From contig JBNKNM010000006.1 of assembly GCA_050293845.1 (NCBI GenBank), positions 28,563 through 70,373 on the forward strand: DNA of 41,811 nucleotides. The letters are read 5' to 3'. Positions 38,171 to 41,811 of the stretch are shown one piece after another. The notes under the pieces were generated by a model, which saw only the letters and a program-made list of their open reading frames with translations, was not told the origin of the DNA and ran no database searches. This DNA comes from Pseudobacteriovorax sp. GTDB lineage: Bacteria > Bdellovibrionota_B > Oligoflexia > Oligoflexales > Oligoflexaceae. Every line of letters begins with the position of its first letter. The stretch's first letter is position 1. The position numbers were made by a program, and so were the translations under genes.

Positions 38171-39373
38171 ATGACACTTTTTCTACGGAATTTAGTTGTA
38201 TCCCTTATTACCATTCTGATTGCAGGGTGCAAGTACTCTCCCAATCAGGTCCGCAGCAGCCTCAAGTCTGCAAATATCTACCAGTTCGTCGAGGAAGGTA
38301 CTATTAAGTTCACACGCACCAATGACCAAAAAAGTGGCAATCTCAAATTTACCCTCACAGCGAACTACCAATGTGCAGTGATATTTTGGTCAGAAGACCT
38401 TAACGAAAATCCCGCAGCAGATTCTCCGATGACATTCCCTTGTCCGAAAGATGAGACCAATGTAACCGTTTACTTTACCGAGCTTAAGCCGCTGGTTCCT
38501 TATAGTTTTAAGATCATGATCTGGCCCCAAAAACTAACAGCTTCAAGCAGCGCTTTTATTATTCTACGCGAGTCTAAAAGCCTAAAAGAATTGCAAACTA
38601 ATATCCTAGTTATCAATAATTATATAGCCCCGCGACTTTCAGGGGAAACTTATGTATTTGCTATGAAGGAATCGAAAACACTTTATGATATCCAAGAGCA
38701 GATAAGCGATCTCTACAGTGATGACATCGGAAAATGCCAGAAATCCCCACCCAAGAAAAATTTTCCATTCGCCTATGACAGCAGTTCAGACCAAGGTAGT
38801 GAAGATCCATTTTTAAGTCTCAGCTCATTGTCAACAGATGGTTATTCCCGAGGAGTGGCAAAGCGTCATAAATTCTATAATAACCGTTATGTAACCAACA
38901 TGACAACTGTTGATAACAATCAAAAATTCAACTGGTTTTTTTCCTGGCAAGGACAATCCCACAGTTTTTTAACTTTCCCCCCGATTCGTTTTGTCGAGTT
39001 TATGGCTAAAGCAAATAATGGCCCTAAAAATATATCCTTCAGAAGCTTGAAAGACGCTCAACCAAAATTTATTTTTGGACGAAACCCTCCGGAATTTTCC
39101 TATTCTATCGTTTATCCTGGTCACTTTTACTACATTCATCTTCAGCTCCGTAACCCCTTCAATACCAATGAAGCTATCTATTGTGTATATAACGCCAATA
39201 AAACTAACTTCTCTATTCCCCCAGATATCTATCAAAGCCTGGCCAATGGCAGTTACGAATTAACTGCTATCGTTGAATCGATACAGTTGCACTATAAGTC
39301 AGATATGGCTTATCCCCCTTGGATAATAACATATCAAGATATGATCCATTCAAAATTTGAAAAGGTACTGTAA
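38171..39373 (+). CDS. Hypothetical lipoprotein
   Basis: Lipobox IAGC at aa 17-20; beta-rich 400-aa body; TAATG coupling to the next gene. Confidence 0.75.
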   Translation: MTLFLRNLVVSLITILIAGCKYSPNQVRSSLKSANIYQFVEEGTIKFTRTNDQKSGNLKFTLTANYQCAVIFWSEDLNENPAADSPMTFPCPKDETNVTVYFTELKPLVPYSFKIMIWPQKLTASSSAFIILRESKSLKELQTNILVINNYIAPRLSGETYVFAMKESKTLYDIQEQISDLYSDDIGKCQKSPPKKNFPFAYDSSSDQGSEDPFLSLSSLSTDGYSRGVAKRHKFYNNRYVTNMTTVDNNQKFNWFFSWQGQSHSFLTFPPIRFVEFMAKANNGPKNISFRSLKDAQPKFIFGRNPPEFSYSIVYPGHFYYIHLQLRNPFNTNEAIYCVYNANKTNFSIPPDIYQSLANGSYELTAIVESIQLHYKSDMAYPPWIITYQDMIHSKFEKVL

Positions 39374-40395
39374 TGCAAAAACTTTTTCTGATAATGCTGC
39401 TGACTTTGTCAACAACCTCTATGCAAGGAGCTTCTGTAAAGAAGCTGCTTAAAAAGAGTAAGAAAATAGTTATTGATGAGGGTAAAAAAACCGGATTCAC
39501 TAAAGGAAAAACCGCCTGTGTTTACGATAATGACGGACAGGAAATAACCTGTGCCAAGATCTACAAGGCAAAAAAGAAAAAATCATATATGCGGATAAAG
39601 AAACGCAAGATTTTTAAGAAAATTGCTAAGGGCATGACGATCAGGTTAGAGGGTGAAGAACCCCAAGAGCTTACCCCTACAGAATCAGGGCCCAAAGGTG
39701 CTACGAACATCAAAATTGGCTATGTGCTATCCCCTGTCACTCCTTCGAGCTACAATGCCATTTACTATGCTGATCCAAACGAAACTCCGGTAAATACCTT
39801 TTGGAAGGCTGATCGGGTTTCCAACCTTTCTCTCACAGGGCTTGGCATTGAACTAGGTTTTGGCGTTTGGGATTCAAAATTGAATTTAGGTATGCGTCTA
39901 AGGAGCTATAAACCATTTACAATTCGCGCTAACTACACGCCAGATCGCGCCAACTTTGCAGAAACCAACCTCACGGCAACCTCACAGGGGTTTTGGATCG
40001 ACTTCAACTATCTCATATTCGACTTTGGTTTGTTGACTTTAGATCTCGGTAATGGAATTGATATTGATTTTGCTAAACTCGATATGGATACCTATGCAAA
40101 AAATGATAATAATGATGATCAGACCGAAATCTATTCAGCTAGTTCTACCTTCACTACCATTTCCCTACGCACTAATTTAAACTTCAATTTTTTCTTCGAC
40201 CCCATAGGTTTTCAGCTTTCCAGCTCATTTTTAATTCCTGTCTCTGGGACCGCCACTGATTCGATAACGATAAATGACCCTCAAGTAACTGACTACCTTA
40301 ATGGTTCAGGTGAAGATGATGTACGGCAAGCACTTAATCATAAAAAATCATCTTTTGGTTTGGAAATGTTTGTGACATTCTACTATGCTTTTTAG
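39373..40395 (+). CDS. Putative outer-membrane beta-barrel protein with basic N-terminal domain
   Basis: Signal peptide, Lys-rich domain, Pro/Glu linker, amphipathic beta strands, and C-terminal VTFYYAF beta-signal ending in Phe. Confidence 0.7.
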   Translation: MQKLFLIMLLTLSTTSMQGASVKKLLKKSKKIVIDEGKKTGFTKGKTACVYDNDGQEITCAKIYKAKKKKSYMRIKKRKIFKKIAKGMTIRLEGEEPQELTPTESGPKGATNIKIGYVLSPVTPSSYNAIYYADPNETPVNTFWKADRVSNLSLTGLGIELGFGVWDSKLNLGMRLRSYKPFTIRANYTPDRANFAETNLTATSQGFWIDFNYLIFDFGLLTLDLGNGIDIDFAKLDMDTYAKNDNNDDQTEIYSASSTFTTISLRTNLNFNFFFDPIGFQLSSSFLIPVSGTATDSITINDPQVTDYLNGSGEDDVRQALNHKKSSFGLEMFVTFYYAF

Positions 40396-41486
40396 AACAG
40401 ACGATTGATATGGAATGCTTCCTCAAGGGGAGAAACTATCCTCCCTTGGAAATCTTTCGCCACCGCTCTGGCAATAAAATCGGCAAACTGCAGCCCGTTT
40501 TTGTAGAACCCTCCTACAAGCCAAAGTTTTTTCCTAAAACCTGATGCCGGGTGATTTCCCCAAAAGGGGAGGCGATCTCTAGAACGTATCCGCACTCCCC
40601 AGCAGGAGGTCACTCCCGTAATGGTCTGGAGATCCAGACCAAATTTATCCTCAGCTACAAACAGTAGATTTTCAGCTCCCTTATTAATATCGGTATCATC
40701 TAGATGAGATTTTTTTATGCTGGTGGAACCTAAAAAATAGTTTCCACCATGCGAAATTAAACTATGACCTCCTTTGACCACAACTAGATTTGATTGTGGG
40801 GTGACCTGCTTCATGCGCAGTATTTGTCCTGCCACTGACAATATCACCGGTGATTGAAGGCCTGAATCTTGAAGAATTTTACCTAAATTTTTCCCTGAGG
40901 CTACAATCACGCGATCGAATGAATCTACAAATGATTTACCAATTAATAGAATGCGACCTTGGTCGTGGCATATTTTTTCAACATAGTCATTTCTCAAGTT
41001 AACTCTCTGCTCCAGCAAAAAAGCTTCCATTTGCTCTAAAAGCATGGGGCCATCAAACCACCCATCTCCAGGATAGTAAAGGTAATGTTTTGACGATAAG
41101 AAGCGTGCTGGAGTCCCAGAATAACTCTGGGTAGCAAAACAAGCCCGGAATTGGTTTCTATAAATCCGTTTCATATGCTGCTGATAATCTTCATGATTAT
41201 TAAATACTTCGAAGATTCCCGAAAACATTTTGGGAACAGTGCGACCACTATCCTTTTCAAAGTCTTGCAGCCAATTTTTAATCCATGGAGTGCTTTTAAT
41301 CTTTACTTCAAAAAGAGGAGAACGTGATTCAAACAGCCCTTTATTACAGATTACACCTTGGGCGGCATTGCTAGCCCGCTCCCCGGATGCCGATGAACCA
41401 AAGATTGTGATACTGTCGGCAACCCCAAGCAGTCGATATGCGCAGGATAATCCACCAATACCTTTTCCGATAACAGCTATTTTCAT
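40392..41486 (-). CDS. FAD-dependent oxidoreductase (DAO family; ThiO/MnmC-like)
   Basis: VIGKGIGG Rossmann motif, ASNAAQG, GQIL, LGST, WGVR.R.RDRLP..G, GGFYKNG. Confidence 0.85.
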   Translation of the reverse strand: MKIAVIGKGIGGLSCAYRLLGVADSITIFGSSASGERASNAAQGVICNKGLFESRSPLFEVKIKSTPWIKNWLQDFEKDSGRTVPKMFSGIFEVFNNHEDYQQHMKRIYRNQFRACFATQSYSGTPARFLSSKHYLYYPGDGWFDGPMLLEQMEAFLLEQRVNLRNDYVEKICHDQGRILLIGKSFVDSFDRVIVASGKNLGKILQDSGLQSPVILSVAGQILRMKQVTPQSNLVVVKGGHSLISHGGNYFLGSTSIKKSHLDDTDINKGAENLLFVAEDKFGLDLQTITGVTSCWGVRIRSRDRLPFWGNHPASGFRKKLWLVGGFYKNGLQFADFIARAVAKDFQGRIVSPLEEAFHINRLF

Positions 41487-41487
41487 C

Positions 41488-41811
41488 TTAATGATCTGCT
41501 GTATACAATATAGAAAAAACCTTCTTACGAATGGCTTTAATGTCAGCAGAAACTCTACCAGATATGACTCGATTTGTTAGCAAAATACCATACTTTTTGC
41601 TAACCCAATCAATCCAAAAACCTGTCCCTGTGAATCCTAAATGGCCTAATGCTCGTCCTTCAGCGAATACATAAGAACTTGGATCGTCACCCACTCTCAA
41701 TCCCATAAGCCCACAACCTTGCAACCGTCGACGATCATTTTCTTGAAAATATCCCCGCCCAATGGGGCTAGTAAATAGCTGTCTCAGATATTGTCCTAAG
41801 GCAGGTCCTGT
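41488..41811 (-). CDS. Serine hydrolase, beta-lactamase family (3' part only)
   Basis: GHLGFTGT.FWID and ILLTNRV motifs. The frame is open to the window end. Confidence 0.85.
   Translation of the reverse strand, partial: TGPALGQYLRQLFTSPIGRGYFQENDRRRLQGCGLMGLRVGDDPSSYVFAEGRALGHLGFTGTGFWIDWVSKKYGILLTNRVISGRVSADIKAIRKKVFSILYTADH

Overview
Bacterial chromosomal window, about 40-43% GC by eye. Gene content and order suggest a Gram-negative 'deltaproteobacterial'/Bdellovibrionota (Oligoflexia-like) organism; this is an inference and is unverified. Positions 1-10.8 kb hold an AT-rich surface-polysaccharide cluster (Wzt, GT2/GT4, RgpF-type rhamnan synthase, a GT-C-type membrane protein, GT2s, a DUF2304-GT2 fusion, tRNA-Arg, rfbA). 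Its parts list resembles the streptococcal Gac/Rgp rhamnan plus side-chain decoration pathway. The non-coding stretch at 11.5-12.75 kb carries three perfect DnaA boxes, two tRNA-Ser genes and a candidate structured RNA. The rest is mostly housekeeping: htpX, a BamC-like lipoprotein, mdh, a catalytically degenerate beta-CASP/MBL protein, ftsK, two LPS glycosyltransferases, gcvTHP, a TRAP transporter, the pyrG-kdsD-lptCAB-rpoN-rapZ operon, a lipoprotein/beta-barrel pair, an FAD oxidoreductase and a partial serine hydrolase. No transposase, integrase, prophage or CRISPR array was seen. All family calls come from motif recognition by eye, not database searches.
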